Shown in pieces: positions 50,040-63,830 of a stretch of DNA of 64,000 nt; the first letter of the stretch is position 1, and every line of letters begins with the position of its first letter. The notes under the pieces were generated by a model. The model saw only the letters and a list, made by a program, of their open reading frames with translations. It ran no database searches and was not told where the DNA came from. The stretch spans positions 168,518,852 to 168,582,851 of the forward strand of contig NC_133620.1 of assembly GCF_048593235.1 (NCBI RefSeq), read 5' to 3'. The position numbers and the translations under genes were made by a program. The DNA is from Sminthopsis crassicaudata (Eukaryota).

Positions 50040-50895
50040 ATTTTTTAAATCTTATTTTATTTTTCCATCACATGTACAGATGTATTTTTGTAAAATTTTG
50101 AATTCCACATTTTTCTCCTTCCCTTCCTTACCTCCTCCCTCACCAAAAAAGCAGAAATCTGATATAGGTTACACATGTACAATCATTTTAAACATATTTC
50201 CATGTTGCATGTTGTGCAAGGAAAAACATCAAAAGGAGGGAAAAAAACCCAATGAGAAAGGAAAAGCAAAGAAACTAAAACAAAAATAAAAATAAACAAA
50301 AAAAGCTGAAAATACTATCCTTTGATCCACATTCAGTCTATATTGTACTTTCTATCCCAGGTCTGTAGGAATTGTCTTGAATCAGTATATTGCCTAGAAG
50401 AACCAAGGCTATCACAGTTGATCATCACAAAATCATGCTGTAATTGCATACATTGTTCTAGTTCTGCTCATTCCACTCAGCATCAGTTCATGTACAATTT
50501 TCCAGGCTTTTCTGAAATCAGCCTGCCTCCTCACTATTTCTTATAGAACAAGAATATTCCCCCTTGCATTCATATACCATAACTTATTCAGCCATTCCCC
50601 AATTTGTGGGTATCCACTCAATTTCCAATTCCTTGCCACTACAAAAAGATTTAGTTCAAATATTTTTGTACACGTGGATCCTTTTTCCTCTTTTGTGATC
50701 TCTTTGTGATATGGATCCAGTAGTGATGGATCAAAGTGTGTGCACAGTTTTATCCCCCTTGGGGCATAGCTCCTAATTGCTCTCCAGAATGGTTGGATCA
50801 GTTCACAAATCCATCATTAGTGCATTAGTGTCCCAGTTTTCCCACATCCCTTCCAACGTTTATCCTTGTCTTTTCCTGTCATCTTAGACAACACT
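50040..50895 (-). mobile_element. 5'-truncated L1, antisense
   Basis: cattcatataccataacttattcagccattccccaatt...tttccaattccttgccactacaaaaag...tgctctccagaatggttggatcagttcacaa. Confidence 0.88.
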
Positions 50896-51329
50896 GATTT
50901 TGCCTCTGCAAAAATCTTTCAAACTCAACATTTTCTGTTTATTTATGATGTTTCCTTTTTTTTTTCATGATGATTCCTAAAACACGTATATACACTGTGC
51001 TTAAGACAGCACAAACCAATGATGTAAAAAAACATTTTTTGGATGTTCCTCATTATTAGAAAAAACTTGTGCAGACCAGAAATTCATAGAGTGGCAAGAT
51101 CTCTAGACCTAATAAAGGTCATAAGGAAAGAAAAAGATCCAGTTCTAACACCAGCTCTGACACTATAGCCTTTAGCAATTTACTTAAGATTTTCTTACTA
51201 CATGTAACCTTGGTTAAGCTATTTAACATCTCTTCCAATTCTAAACCTACGGTTTTATGATTCTAAGGGTTATAGCTATTTAATATTTCATCAATGCCTT
51301 GAATGAAAGTATAGAAGACACATTTATCA

Positions 51330-51640
51330 AACATATAGAGATGACACAAAACTGGAAAGGATAATTAATATGTCATGATAAAAATCAAACTTGACAGGGC
51401 ATAATGATGAGCTACCACATTTTTTGGAAGGGTACTTCCGAAATCCCAAAGGATCTAAGGAAATTTGACCCACACAGTGAAAGCTGAAGAAAGTAGGAAC
51501 ATTTAGTTTGGGAGAAAAAAAAATCAATAAGGAAATGATAATCATCTTTAATTTCCCAACGAGTTATCATGAGGAAAAGAGATTGGATCTGTTCTATTTG
51601 GCCAAAGAAAACAGAACCAGAGAACAAGAAGGTATTCTTG
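51330..51640 (+). mobile_element. CR1/L3 LINE 3' fragment
   Basis: ctgaagaaagtaggaacatttagtttgggagaa...tatcatgaggaaaagagattggatctgttctatttggcc. Confidence 0.65.
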
Positions 51641-52199
51641 TTCAGTAATGAATAGTAAAAAATGACTTCTGCATTCTATTCCAACTTGTTGACTCTCCCA
51701 CTGGTTGCAGGGGAAAAAAAAATTACTAGACTATTAGCACATCACTGTTGCTAAAGCCAAAATAACCTTAAATGAGTTGCTACACTCAATGAAAGACACA
51801 CTGGTGACATAACTTTTTCTCCTCCGATTTTACAGCAATATTTTCCATCTTTCTGACCACAGTTCTCTCCAGGATGGATGGGGGTTAAACAGGGAAAGAT
51901 AGGAAGTATATTACTTCATTAACCTCCACTAAGTAGTACAATGGACAGCGTATAAAAGGAAATGACTTCTGTCACCTTGAGTCCTGTTCTTTCTCTTGTC
52001 TATAGTAGTGCTACTATTGTAAAGATGAGTATCTAGAAGATTTAGGCTTATAATTCAGGCCTCAGCACAGTTCTGCAATTATGACTCTCTTGATTTCTTT
52101 TGAAATTAGTACTATGTATTAAGATAAAACCATAGTGGCCATTTAAAAGTTCAACTAATCCAGACTGGTTCTTTGAGATCAATATCTTTATATTCCCGG

Positions 52200-52375
52200 T
52201 GATGAAGAAATTCTAATTAAGTAGGAAATTGTCCTTTCTATATTTAACATATCACGTGGAAGAAGATTATACAGTCTCTTTGGCCCCAGAGAGCAGAACT
52301 AAGAGCAATGGGTAGAAGTGGCAGAAGGCAGAAATAAGGAAGAATTTTCTAACAATCAGGTTGTCCAGTAATGAA
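52200..52375 (+). mobile_element. CR1/L3 LINE 3' fragment
   Basis: atcacgtggaagaagatt...tttggccccagagagcagaactaagagcaatgggtagaag...gaattttctaacaatcag. Confidence 0.7.
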
Positions 52376-52413
52376 AAAGTCTACATTATAAGGTACATTA
52401 AAAATAAATCAGA

Positions 52414-52545
52414 GGGGGCAGTAGATAGAGCACCAGCCCTGAAGTCAGAAGGAACTAAGTTCAAATCTTGTCTCAGACATTTAATACTTCCTGGCTGTGT
52501 GACCCTGGGTAAGTCACTTAACTCCAAGTGCCTCAGCAAAAAACA
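52414..52545 (+). mobile_element. WSINE1-like SINE with a short deletion in the head
   Basis: gggggcagtagatagagcaccagccctgaagtcagaaggaac...aagtcacttaactcc; flanks aaataaat(c/t)aga. Confidence 0.85.
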
Positions 52546-52559
52546 AATAAATAAATTAG

Positions 52560-54580
52560 AGAGCTTGATTTTTAAGAAGGTAAAGAAGGGCATGAAAACA
52601 AACAAACAATGGGGAATAAATGAGTTAGTGCTGCAAGATTTAGAAGCTACCTCATTAAAGAAGTAGAGAGCATGGAATATGACATCCCGGAAGGCAAAAG
52701 GGCTGAAATTACAATCTAGAATAACCAATCCAGCAAAACTGAGTACAATCCTTCAAGGGAAAAAATAAACATTTAGTAAAATACAGAAGACTTCCATTCC
52801 TGGTGAAAAGCCCAGACCTGAAAAGAAAAATTTGAATTTCAAATACAAAAATATATATAAACATGAAAAAAAGTAAGGAACTCAAGTTAAACATTTTATC
52901 TTCCTATTATGGGAAGATGATTCATGTAACTATCATTATTAGAGCAGTTAGAGGGATTCTACATAAAATGAGAATGTGAAAAGGAATTGATTATTTTGGG
53001 ATGATAATTGAAAAAATTGACAGATGAGAAAAAAGTATGTCTGAAAGAAGGAGGAAGGAAGGGGAAGAAGGGGAAAATTATGTCATGTAAAAGACAATCA
53101 ATGGAAAGATTTTATTGTGGAGGGGAAAATAGAGGGGGGTGGTATGTAAGAAGGAATGTTTGAATGTAATTCACATCTAAATCCATTCAAAGAGGGGAAA
53201 ACACACATACACATACAAATTAGTAACAAATATATCTTGCCCAATAGGGAAAGGGGCAAGGAGGAATAAGAGAAAAAGGGTGAAGGAAGAGTGATATAAG
53301 GGAAGGCATATATAAAAAAAGCAGTGATCAGAAGCAAAACAAGACTTTAGAGGAAAAAAGGATAAAAAGCAAAAGAAAAAATAAATAGAAGAAAACATGT
53401 TAGAGATAAATACACAGTTGGTATTCCTAATTGTAAATGTGAATAGGATGAACTCAGTCATAAAACTGAAGTAGATAGATTAGAAACCAGAATCCAACAA
53501 TATGTTGTTTACAAGAAACATACTTGAAATATACATACACAGAGTTCAAATAAGGAGCTAAAGCAGAATCTATTAAGCTTCATCTGATGTAAAAAAAAAT
53601 TCAGGGGTAGCAATCACAATCTCAGACAAAGCAAAAATGACCTAATTAAAAAGGATAAACAGAGAAACAATATCTTGCTTAAAGGCACCATGGACAATGA
53701 AGTAATATCAATACTAAACATATATGTTCCAAATGATATAACATCAATATTCTTAAAGGAAAAATTAAATGAATTAGAGAAGAAAAACTATACTAGAGGG
53801 ACCCCTACATTCCCTGATCAGAGCTAGATAAACCTAAGACAAATTACAAAACACTTTTTGCACAAATTAAAACAGATCTAACCAACTGGAGAAATAGTAA
53901 TTGCTCAAAGATTGGCTAAACTGTAGGGCAACTAGGTGATGCAATGAATTAAGTGCCAGGCCTAGAGTCAGGAAAACTCACCTTCCTGAGTTCAAATCTA
54001 GCCTCAAAAATTTACTAGCTATGTGACTTTGAGCAATTCACTTAACCGTGTTTGCCTCAATTTCCTCATTTGTAAAATGAGCTGAAAAAGGAAATGGTAA
54101 ACCTCTCCAGGATCTTTGCAAAGAAAACTCCAAATGGCTAATAAAATATAGGACAGAAAAGAAAAAGACTGAACAACAAAAATGCTGAGCCAATATATTA
54201 AAAAGTGACTTTATCCAAATTAATTTTCTTATTCAATGGCATACTAATCAAACTACAAAAGAACTCTTTTAGACAACTAGAAAAAAACAACAAAATCCAT
54301 TTGAAAGAACAAAAGGATCAAGAACATCAAAGGAATTAGTCTCACAGTAACAGATCTCAAAGTGTCTTACAAATCAAATCAGCCATCATCAAAATAATGT
54401 CGTATTGTCTAAGAAATAGAGTGATACAACAGTGGAACAGATTAGGTACATAAATACGCAAAGTAGTAAATGATCATAGCAATCTAGTGTTTAATAAACC
54501 CCAAAGATCTATGCCTTGAGGTAAGAATTCACCATTTCACAAAAATTGCTGGGAAAACTGGAAGTAGTTTGACAGAAACT
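52560..54580 (+). mobile_element. Internally deleted L1: end of ORF1, long inter-ORF spacer, start of ORF2 EN, then post-RT segment
   Basis: RAWNMTSRKAKGLKLQSRITNPAKLSTILQG-like ORF1 end at about 52665-52760; NVNRMNS and NQNPTICCLQET EN motifs at about 53430-53520. Confidence 0.85.
53926..54180 (+). mobile_element. MAR1-like SINE (CORE plus RTE-derived tail) inserted in L1 ORF2
   Basis: tRNA-like head and CORE, then ggaaatggtaaacctctccaggatctttgcaaagaaaactccaaatgg...gactgaacaacaa; L1 sequence resumes after it. Confidence 0.8.
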
Positions 54581-55043
54581 AAATATGGGGCACTGAAAAG
54601 TTAAGTGAAATAAAAAATTAAATAAAAAAGTTAATAGTTAAGGTTACCTAGTCAGTCTGTCTCAAAAGCAGGATTTAAAAACCCAGACCATCCTAGCTCT
54701 AAGTTCACTGTGCTGGGCCCTTTTTCCTCTTTATGGCAAAAATATTATAAATTTAATTTTTTATAATGTTATTTGATATTTGTCACATTACCAAGTCCTC
54801 ATTTTTTCTTGATGTTTAAGAATGAAGTAATCTTTAATCTCTCTTATTCTTTATTACTGAACCATATTCTCTCTCTCTCACATACTCATACACACAGTTT
54901 TTAAAATTGCCACTGATGATAATGATGATAGATGACAGATTAGATAGCATTTTAAAGTTTTCAAATTAATTTCCTCAAAATGACCCTATGTTAAGTAGAG
55001 CTGTATTATCCCCATTATTAGAGATGAGCAAATATGGTTTTGA

Positions 55044-55189
55044 GGGGCAGCTAGGTGGTGTAGTGCATAGAACGCCAGTCCTAAAATCAGGAAGACCTGA
55101 GTTCAAATCTGGTCTCAGACATAACACTTCCTAGTTGTGTGATCTTGGGTAAGTTATTTAACCCCAATTGCCTCAGCAAGGAAAAAAAA
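55044..55189 (+). mobile_element. WSINE1-like SINE inserted into a minus-strand MIR (about 54960-55290)
   Basis: Full SINE with A-tail; MIR core gatgag...|...aagttaaataatttgctccatgatcacacag continues on both sides. Confidence 0.85.
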
Positions 55190-55595
55190 TTGGTTCTAGG
55201 AAGTTAAATAATTTGCTCCATGATCACACAGCAAGTCCAATGTGACATTCAAATCCATATCTCCTGACTCCACATTAAGCACTATTCACTACGACAGGAC
55301 ACATTCTCAACATTCAGCAAAATCTAAGATATAGGAAAGGCATAATAAATCCTTCTTAATTTTTCTAAAATTTATATTCCTATATCTAATTTACCAGATT
55401 TAGATGATTCAAAATCAATACATATGAGTATAAAATCTAAAGAATAAAATTGAGCTACAGAAATTTAAAAATTATACATATATAATTTTAAATTCTTTTT
55501 TAAAACTATGTAATTATTTCTTCCACGGACAAAATCTAATACTATTTTTGCTTTCAGCTATTTGAAAAGTAATCAATATACAAGAGAGTACAAAC

Positions 55596-55672
55596 CTGGT
55601 GGAGTAATAAGAGTTCTTCTATGTTCTTTACACCAACCCACTGGATGAATGTGTGGACTTGCTGCTTCACAC
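55596..55672 (-). CDS. L3MBTL3: L3MBTL3 exon (CEAASPHIHPVGWCKEHRRTLITPP), end of MBT2
   Basis: ttccttcag|GTGT acceptor and CAG|gtttgt donor; 77 nt, phase 2 to 1; joins the previous exon in frame; IHPVGWC MBT motif. Confidence 0.97.
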
Positions 55673-56479
55673 CTGAAGGAAAATAATGAAATTCTGCTGT
55701 TAAAAACGAATTCACATACTAGACCATTTAAAAAGAATAATTCTCATTTATCACAGTCAACCTAGTTTTAAAAAGTTTTAATGAAACACAGCATAAGACC
55801 TGATTGAGAACAGCAGAGTGGACTACCCCTTAGTATTTCTCCTGAATATTTCACTTTCTTCATTCCAACCTAGGCCAGAACTGATGAGACAGGAATTATC
55901 ATGTGCCCTACTTCTATGGTCTCCAGTACACAAGATACAGTTATCTGTCCTGCCAGTATGCCTGAGTGATCCCTGGACCTTGCCAACTACCCTGCTGGGG
56001 CACTCATAAGAATTCTAGTCTTTTCAATCTGTCCTGTAGTTTAACTCAAGTTCTTGCTTCCTAATAGAAAGTGAGTCTTTGAGGACTGGGACTGTCTTGT
56101 CTTTTCTATTAATTTCCCTGTATTTAGCACATAATATGTACTTAATAAAAGTTGATTTTAAAAAAAATATATGTAGTGGATCTTCCAGTCTTCCAGAGTT
56201 TATAAAAACTAAATAATCCTTTTTAAAATTAGAAGTAAAATATGTCATCCATTTAAAAATAAATAATTCATAAACTTGATACAAACACAAGTCAATATCT
56301 GGGATGTGGGGGGGGGAGGAACATAATTAAGTGCCTACTATATGCAAGGTACTGTGCTTAACATTAAGGACATAAAGAAAGACAAAAGATAAGTTGAACT
56401 CTGCCATCAAGGAGCTCACAATCTAATGGAAGAAGACAAAAAGAATCTGAAAAGTGAGGGAATAAAAAGGAATAACAAA

Positions 56480-57960
56480 CATATGAAAGAATGTTCCAGT
56501 GTCTAATGATAAGAGAAACTTAAATTATTACAACCCTGAGGTTTTACTTCATACTCAGTAAATTGACAAATATGATAAAAGATGCTATATCTTATGTAAG
56601 ATGCTATACTTTATGTTGGCCAAATTAATCAATATTATTTTAGACTATTTAAAATAATTAGACAGTAACAAGTTAGATATTGTTGTGGTGTAAGATGTTT
56701 ATGGATTTGAAAAAATATGGAAAGATTTGGACTTATAAAGGAAGATGTTAAACAGGATAAACAAGCATCTTACAAAGACGTATATGAATGTATATGTATA
56801 TATGTATAGGCTACAGACATTTATATATTTATTTTTGTGTATATAAAGTATGCATATAAGCATATGTTTGTATATGTATATATAAATATATCCACATTTA
56901 ATTATAGCCATCTGGGAGGGAGGGAAGAGGAAAGGGGAAAAAAAGAATAAAGTAAAAAATGCAAAGCAGAAGACAAAAGAAAACCTACAAGGAAGCAAAG
57001 AAAAGATTGACAGCTCTAAAAACATTGTGTAGTGTTTATTATATAGCCTTTCTTGAAATGGAAATTTGTGTTGTTTTATATATTGAATCCTCTCCTATGT
57101 TCTGCTATGTATATGGCAAAGTTGTTTTTTTTTTCCTCTTTCTATTCTGTATTTAAGTTTTGAATAAATAAATAAATGATGAAAGATAGATACAACCACT
57201 GTTAAAGAGGTTGCGGAAAAACAAGTATACTAATAAATAATAAATATACTAATAACTATATACTATGAATTTGTGCAACCACTCTGGAAAGCAATTTGGC
57301 ATTCTGCAAATAAAGTGATTACTGTCCCTATCCTATGACCCAGAGATTCTACTGTTATATTAAGGCAATCATTGGGGTGGAACAAAGGGGCTCCATATGA
57401 GTCAATATATCTATAGCAACCCTGTTTTTGGTAGTAAAAAACTAGAAACAAAGTAGATGCCTATCCACTGAGGAATAACTAAACAATTTGTAATACAAGA
57501 ATGTAATAGAATATTACTGTGTTATAAGAAGTAAAGAACATTATGAATATAGAACTATGAAGATAGACATGAAGTGATTCAAAGTGAAGTATACTGGGTC
57601 ATAAAATCAATAAAAATTATTACAACAGAAAGAACAACCACCATAAACAATCGAAATGAATGTTGTAAAAATAATACAAATAATAAAAAAAAAAGAAATG
57701 AGATTATTTCAACAAAAATAAATGAGAATCATTTCTTTCTGTTCTCAGAAGACATCAGGGTCCAAAGTCATGGGGCATTGCATGTAAAATTATATTTTCT
57801 TGATGTGCTTATGAGTTTTTATCAATTTTTCTTCCTATCTTTAAAAATTGTTTTTTTTTTTTTTCTGTTATTAATGGATGACTCTCTGAGAGGAAGGATA
57901 GGAGGGAGATCTAGACAAAATAAAAGCAAAAGATATCAATAAAAAAATCCATTTTCAAAA
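56480..57960 (+). mobile_element. Two or more adjacent old L1 3' fragments
   Basis: gcaaccactctggaaagcaatttggcattctgcaaataaagtga...ctatgacccagagattctact, followed by 3' UTR-like segments with A-rich ends. Confidence 0.75.
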
Positions 57961-60905
57961 TTTGGCCTACTCCTACCCTAGGTTGATTATATGTAAGACT
58001 GTCAGAATCCCCATCATTTGATGATTGTCTCTACTTAAACAATGAAACCATTTCAATAAAGCAATAAAAAGGTGGGGAAAAGAACCAAAAACCTATCAGC
58101 AAATAGCACTTTATTTCACAGGCAGGTTACAAAATCCATCTTGCAGGAGCAAAAAAAATCATCTCTTAGCCCCATCTAGTGATCATAAATGGAAATATTA
58201 CCAAAAAAAGATGTTTGCATTATTTATTAATGTAAATAAGGCTGAGGCCTCTGACTTTATGGCTTTTGTATTCTTAAGGACATATAATAAATTTTATACC
58301 TTGAATTGCTTGAATTATCTTCAAGAAGACTTACAAAAATCTTCTTGAAGCACACAGATAATAAAATGGAATCTAGTGATTTAAAATTATGGCTAGACAT
58401 GAAAGTGAACAACATTATTTGGAAAAAGGAGAAACATATTACTGGGTGTTTAGGCAAGAAAGGACTGCACATAAAACGATCTTTATCTTTAAATACCTAC
58501 TCTCTTGTTTACAGTTACAAAAACTTCCAGTGACAGATATGTGACAAGTTACAAAGAGATAGGAAAAAAAAAAGTCCTATACATTCATTATATATCCTTA
58601 TCTTTAAATTACTTGTCCCAGATAATCCACTCAGGCCTCTCACAATAGTAAACTATTATTTCAAGAGTGTTTTTTCCCAGAGTTCTGAGCAACAGAGCAC
58701 ATTACAAATACTCAACAACACCATAGGTAGGTTAAAGACAACTAGTATGTGTGAAATCAAAGATACAAATAAGTTATATATCTGGCCAATTTCGCACGGT
58801 AGTTTAGAAGCAATATGTTAAATGGGCAACATCACTATTATAGCTTCCTTTTTCACAGACCTACTTTTGTTCCCATATCTCAACTCACTCAGAGGATAAA
58901 TATGTACTGAACTTAATCTTACTACATTAGCACATAGTATGCTCAGTTGTTTTAAGCTTTATGCTCCTTAAAAAAAATAGCCAAGTGAGGAAACAATTGT
59001 TCTAATAATTCTAAGAAATTCTAGTCAAAAGAATAAATGTTTGAAGTAGAGTTTTGATTAGACAGGGATTAAATGTTTAATCAATGTGATATTCTCCATT
59101 TTTTTATTCTAGCTCCTCATTCCTTTACATCTGAAAATACCAAGTTATTTCTTTGTTATAGTGCTCAATATAAAAAAAAAAATGATGGGTAGCAATCATA
59201 GATTAGTATGTGATCCAAATGTCATTCTGCCAAGTATGAGTGCCAAATATACAAAATTTAACAGTTAGCAAAAATGAAATGTTATTCATATACAAGAAAC
59301 TAAAATTCAAATGAATACTATTGACAGACAATAAGCCCACTTTCAATTGATGAAGAAATGTTATTTCAGTCTTAGGTACATTTTCTTAACTCAAGATATA
59401 CTTTTGTTGGCATAAAAGGACAGCAGAAATATGTTTCAAACTGTTAAAACTCTAATTTCCAGGCATTTAAGATTCATATTGAATGTTGGGATTCACCTCA
59501 CCTCAAAAGAAAATTTTGTCTCTTAAGATTGTATTTGTTCTTATTCTCGAAAAGGAAAATGACAGCAGGGAGGTGATGTCATGACATACAGTCCCTTGAT
59601 AATGTAAAAACACAGTATGCTAAGTCTTCGGAACCTAAACTCTTTTGTTCACTGGCTTCCTATCACGGAATGCAAGTATCACCTCAATTCAGAATGACTA
59701 CTTTCCATTAGAGGAACAAACTTGCCTTTGACACTAAATAAAGTGGTCTTTTACTTACAAAGGTAATATATATATATATATATATATATTTCTAACTAAA
59801 AAAATAAGCTTCTGCTTTAGATAAAGTAATTCTCACTGAGGTTTTAAAAAAAACACCACCACATTCTCATCAATGAGATCACTGACTAAATTCTGAGAAT
59901 AATCTCCTAGTTTACAAAAGTACTTTAGATCAAGGAAAGCAATCCAATTTGTAACCTCAATTACACACCTGGTGACCAAGTTTATACAGCTAAAAATAAA
60001 TGCTATCTTTCCACAATTCAAAGATCAAAGGGTGAAATAGCAAATAACACTGCAAATATCTTCCAAGCATTTAAACTGTTTTTAATAAAATGTTCCTTAA
60101 TTGCAGGTTGGGGGAGGGGAAGACAAAGTTAAAAAACATGGAATATATTTTATTCTCTGTGAGGAAAAAAAAATCCCAATGATTCTTAATATTCATAGTT
60201 ACTATTTACAAAAGAATATGTTCAAAGAAACTTTGCAAATTATCAAGTTTTAAGTTATCTTTACAGTTACAAAAGCAGAAGTAAAGAAATTTCATTTTTT
60301 ACCCCCAAGTACAAAATGTTGGTGAATGTTATACAGAAAGAATGACTGTTTATGCTACTATTTCAATCATTTAAAAAAACTTAAATACAATAAAAAACCA
60401 TAAAAATTCTGCTTTCAATACTTTTTCTTTTTCACTTTTATTTTTTTCACATTTTGAAAATGAGGCAAAACTGAGAAAGCCAAAATTCTATTCTTTTTAA
60501 CATTATCTAAAAGTTCAATTATTATTTTAAATATATTATTTATTGTTATATTAATTGTTGAAATATTTTATTTTGAATACTGTTTATTAAATAAATATTG
60601 TTTTTGATGTGATAATTTATTCTGCCCTTCAAAAAAAACAAACAACAAGCATTTAAGTGCTTATCATGTGCCCATTCTAGTACCTAATAAAGTGCCTGGC
60701 ACCTAGGAGGAACTTAAGAGGCACCTTGATAGAGAGATGGGAGGAAACATTCCCAAAGGAATACTATCTTCTTGACCATTTCTTCCCACTGGACCCTTGG
60801 GAATAACAAGTGTCTTCAGGCATCATTCATCTATAATGGATTCATAAATTAGTTATGCACAAGGTAATTTTCTAATAGCAAAAAGGAGTAAAAAGCAAAC
60901 CTTAC

Positions 60906-61057
60906 CAATAGTCATAGCTCTCATCCCAGTTGTCAAAATGAACCAGAAACCGATTGTCCACCATATCTGTTACTGTAGCAACACAGATGAATGCAGGATT
61001 CTTTTTGTCCACAGCTTCAAGTTTCATTCCCACACGAAAACCCGATGGGATCACTGT
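60906..61057 (-). CDS. L3MBTL3: L3MBTL3 exon, MBT repeat 2 (TVIPSGFRVGMKLEAVDKKNPAFICVATVTDMVDNRFLVHFDNWDESYDYW)
   Basis: Acceptor ...ctgagtag|ACA and donor TG|gtaag; 152 nt, phase 0 to 2. Near-identical to recalled human L3MBTL3 MBT2. The methyl-lysine pocket residues (D of EAVD; F, W and Y of HFDNWDESY) are intact. Confidence 0.97.
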
Positions 61058-62129
61058 CTACTCAGAAACAAAGAGTTAATTAACAATAAAATATATCCTG
61101 AGGTCAAGATTACTCCTGTCAATGCAATCAATCCATTTATACCTTCATTAAATGAGGTGCTCATGTTATAGCATGGTTGTTCCTCAAAAAGCACTATCAG
61201 AAGTCAACTAGGTCTTCAGCCACTGAACCAAAGCTTTTAGATGCACCAGGAGTTAAAATGATATATTTATTTTTTATCATCTGTGGCTTGTAAGTTCAGT
61301 TGGCAAAAATGGGGTGGTAGTAAGGCTAAATGTATACACTTGCTGCCCCATAAGGTTTAATTAACTCTTCTACTTCATGACTAAAGAATTTAACCAGTAG
61401 CGTCTGTTATAAAGTTAAGAAAGCATCAGTCCCAAATTCATTAAGAAGAAGAAGAAGAAGAAGAAGAATAGAGAGAGAGAGAAACAGTAAAAATGAAAAT
61501 TTATTTTCCTGTATTTTATGAAGTCTAACATAGGACTTCTTTCCTAAAAGCAGCATTGACATGTGGAAAACAATTAAATGATTCTTCAGTCCTTTCTCAC
61601 TTACTCCTTCTCCTTTGTCTTAGAGGAAATTTTAGAAATGACAAATAAAGGCATCAGATTGTAACCTCATTATGCAAAAATAGATATTTATTCCCACAAT
61701 GAGTTGAACAAGTTATCTCTAGGGCCCCTTCTAACTATAAATCGCATGTTCCTTTTTACTATAACCATAATGAAGAATTAGGGAAACTTCAATGTACAAA
61801 GCAATTTTAAATGATATTTTTGTAACCATATAAAATAAATGCTACCTGAATTGATGAACTAGACATTAAAGTTGGATGTACTTCTACTGCTATCCTGGTA
61901 ACATTTCTACCTAAGTTTTTATTACAGGAATTATATCACAAAATTATTTATTGCACATTTCTGCCCATAAATATTTGAGTGCTGCAACATAACAGTAATT
62001 TTAGCAAAGAGAGAAAGTTATCACTTATATGAAAAGCATACATTAAATTATAGGACAACAGAATTTAGTGAGACAATAAATAAAATCCTTGCTGAAACTC
62101 ACAGGCAATGAACCAAAAAGGGATCAAGA

Positions 62130-62400
62130 AGCATGGTGCAGCATCTTCCAGCATAGCTGTTTTCTACTTAAATGGATTTCAGTGGTTTAAAAAAATAGTG
62201 TCTGCTGTCTATGCCAGATTTACATTTCAACAATTAGGCTGTGATCTTGGTAAAAATCTTCACATATAATAGTCTGGCTTTCCTCCAGCTCCACTGAGCT
62301 GAGAAATGCCTCTCTTCTTCCTTCTCTAGGGCTCTACTTGAATCAGTCTATCATCAGCTGGATCAGATAATTTGTTCCACTGTTAGCAATGTGTTAACAG
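62130..62400 (-). mobile_element. CR1-like LINE fragment
   Basis: gcatcttccagcatagctgttttctacttaaatggatttcagt, antisense CR1 ORF2-like; heavily decayed. Confidence 0.4.
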
Positions 62401-63289
62401 TTTCCTTACTGTCTCTTTAAAATTCTCAAAGAACCCTTAAAGTGTACCATATGCTGGTTGGAAAAATGGTTAATGGTGGTGGGTACAGGGATAATGAAGA
62501 CTGGTATATCACTGGAACTATGCTTTTTGAATGTTTGAATACTCTGATTTCAATGCAAACCCTGAATCTCTTGGTTAAATGTAAAGTGTTACAGGATCAA
62601 GAAACAAAGGATTGTCCTGAATAAGGACAAGATGGAAAAAAATAATAGTCTTTGACTTCATCTTACCCTATGAGTGACAAGTTTATATCATGGTTAAGTC
62701 ACAGAGCTCTTTTTTACACAGGGATGGTACAAAGTAAACTAAGAATTTTTATTCTTTTTTTTATAGAAAAGGAAACTGGGGCTCATAGATATTGACTTGC
62801 TAGAAGCTGCCTACATTCTAATGATGAGAGCTAAGATGAAGGCCTAGCCTGACTCTAGTCCAATCATCTCATTATACCATATCACACTTCCAATTAATGC
62901 AAAAGAAGATTCTTATTCTTTCCTACATTTGCATTTAAAGACTGTGTCCTGTAGTCTGGACAAGGAGCCCATGACCTATACTATCATTTCATCTCACCCA
63001 GTCACAGGGATGGTAATAATTGATCTGTCATTCATGACAACTACATTATAGTTCTAATATTCATAACTACATTAGATCTATGATCGTGAACTCTCAATTC
63101 TCTCTCTGATCATAAACTCCCATCCTTTCATATCTATCTTCATTTTTCTCCCAAACTTCTTTATTTTCATTACAAACTCCAAGTCTACCTCATCTCCCTT
63201 TTTTCTGGTCCATCATTCCTGAAGTGGCCTTAATCCTTCTTGCCCATTTATAGACAGCAGGAAATGGAAAACCAATATTTCCATATATA

Positions 63290-63830
63290 CAGGCTCTTTT
63301 CTCTTTCCTACTGTCTATAAAAATGTCAAATATCTCCCCAATTCTTAAAACACTTTCACCCGAACTCAAGCTATTATCTTACGTCTTTTTTTGTCCTTCA
63401 TAGTCAAACTTGTTGAATGCACTAACTACATTAACTTCCTCCAAAACATGCACTTGCAACCACTTTTCAACACCTCACAATCTATATTCTAACCATATCA
63501 CTTGACAGAAATGCTCTCTTGAAGGTTCTTAGTGACTTCAGTGTTAAATCTACTTGACCTCTCTACCATTATTGATAGTGCAGACCATCTTTTTCTCCAA
63601 GATATTCTATGGCAGTTTGGCTTCCATGGCAGTGATGTCTCCCAGATCTCTTTCTACCTGTCCAATCACTTCTTTTTTTTTGTTACTCTCCCATTCCCAA
63701 AGCATGGGCATTCTTTTAGAATCTTTCCTAAATTCTTTTTTCTTTTCTCTCTATTCACATTCAGTGATCTTATCTCATTTCACTGATTCAACTATGATCT
63801 CTATGCAAAGAATATCCAAATCTACAAAGA
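63290..63830 (+). mobile_element. L2 LINE fragment (RT region)
   Basis: cttgacagaaatgctctcttgaaggttcttagtgac...cttgacctctctaccattattgatagtgcagacc...ctatgcaaagaatatccaaatcta. Confidence 0.75.

Noticed and set aside
52381-52728. 115-aa minus-strand ORF
   Set aside because: It reads through an antisense WSINE1-like SINE and L1 ORF1 remnant; the LSDLPRVTQ peptide is a SINE translation artefact.
60938-61171. 77-aa plus-strand ORF
   Set aside because: Antisense shadow of the MBT2 exon.
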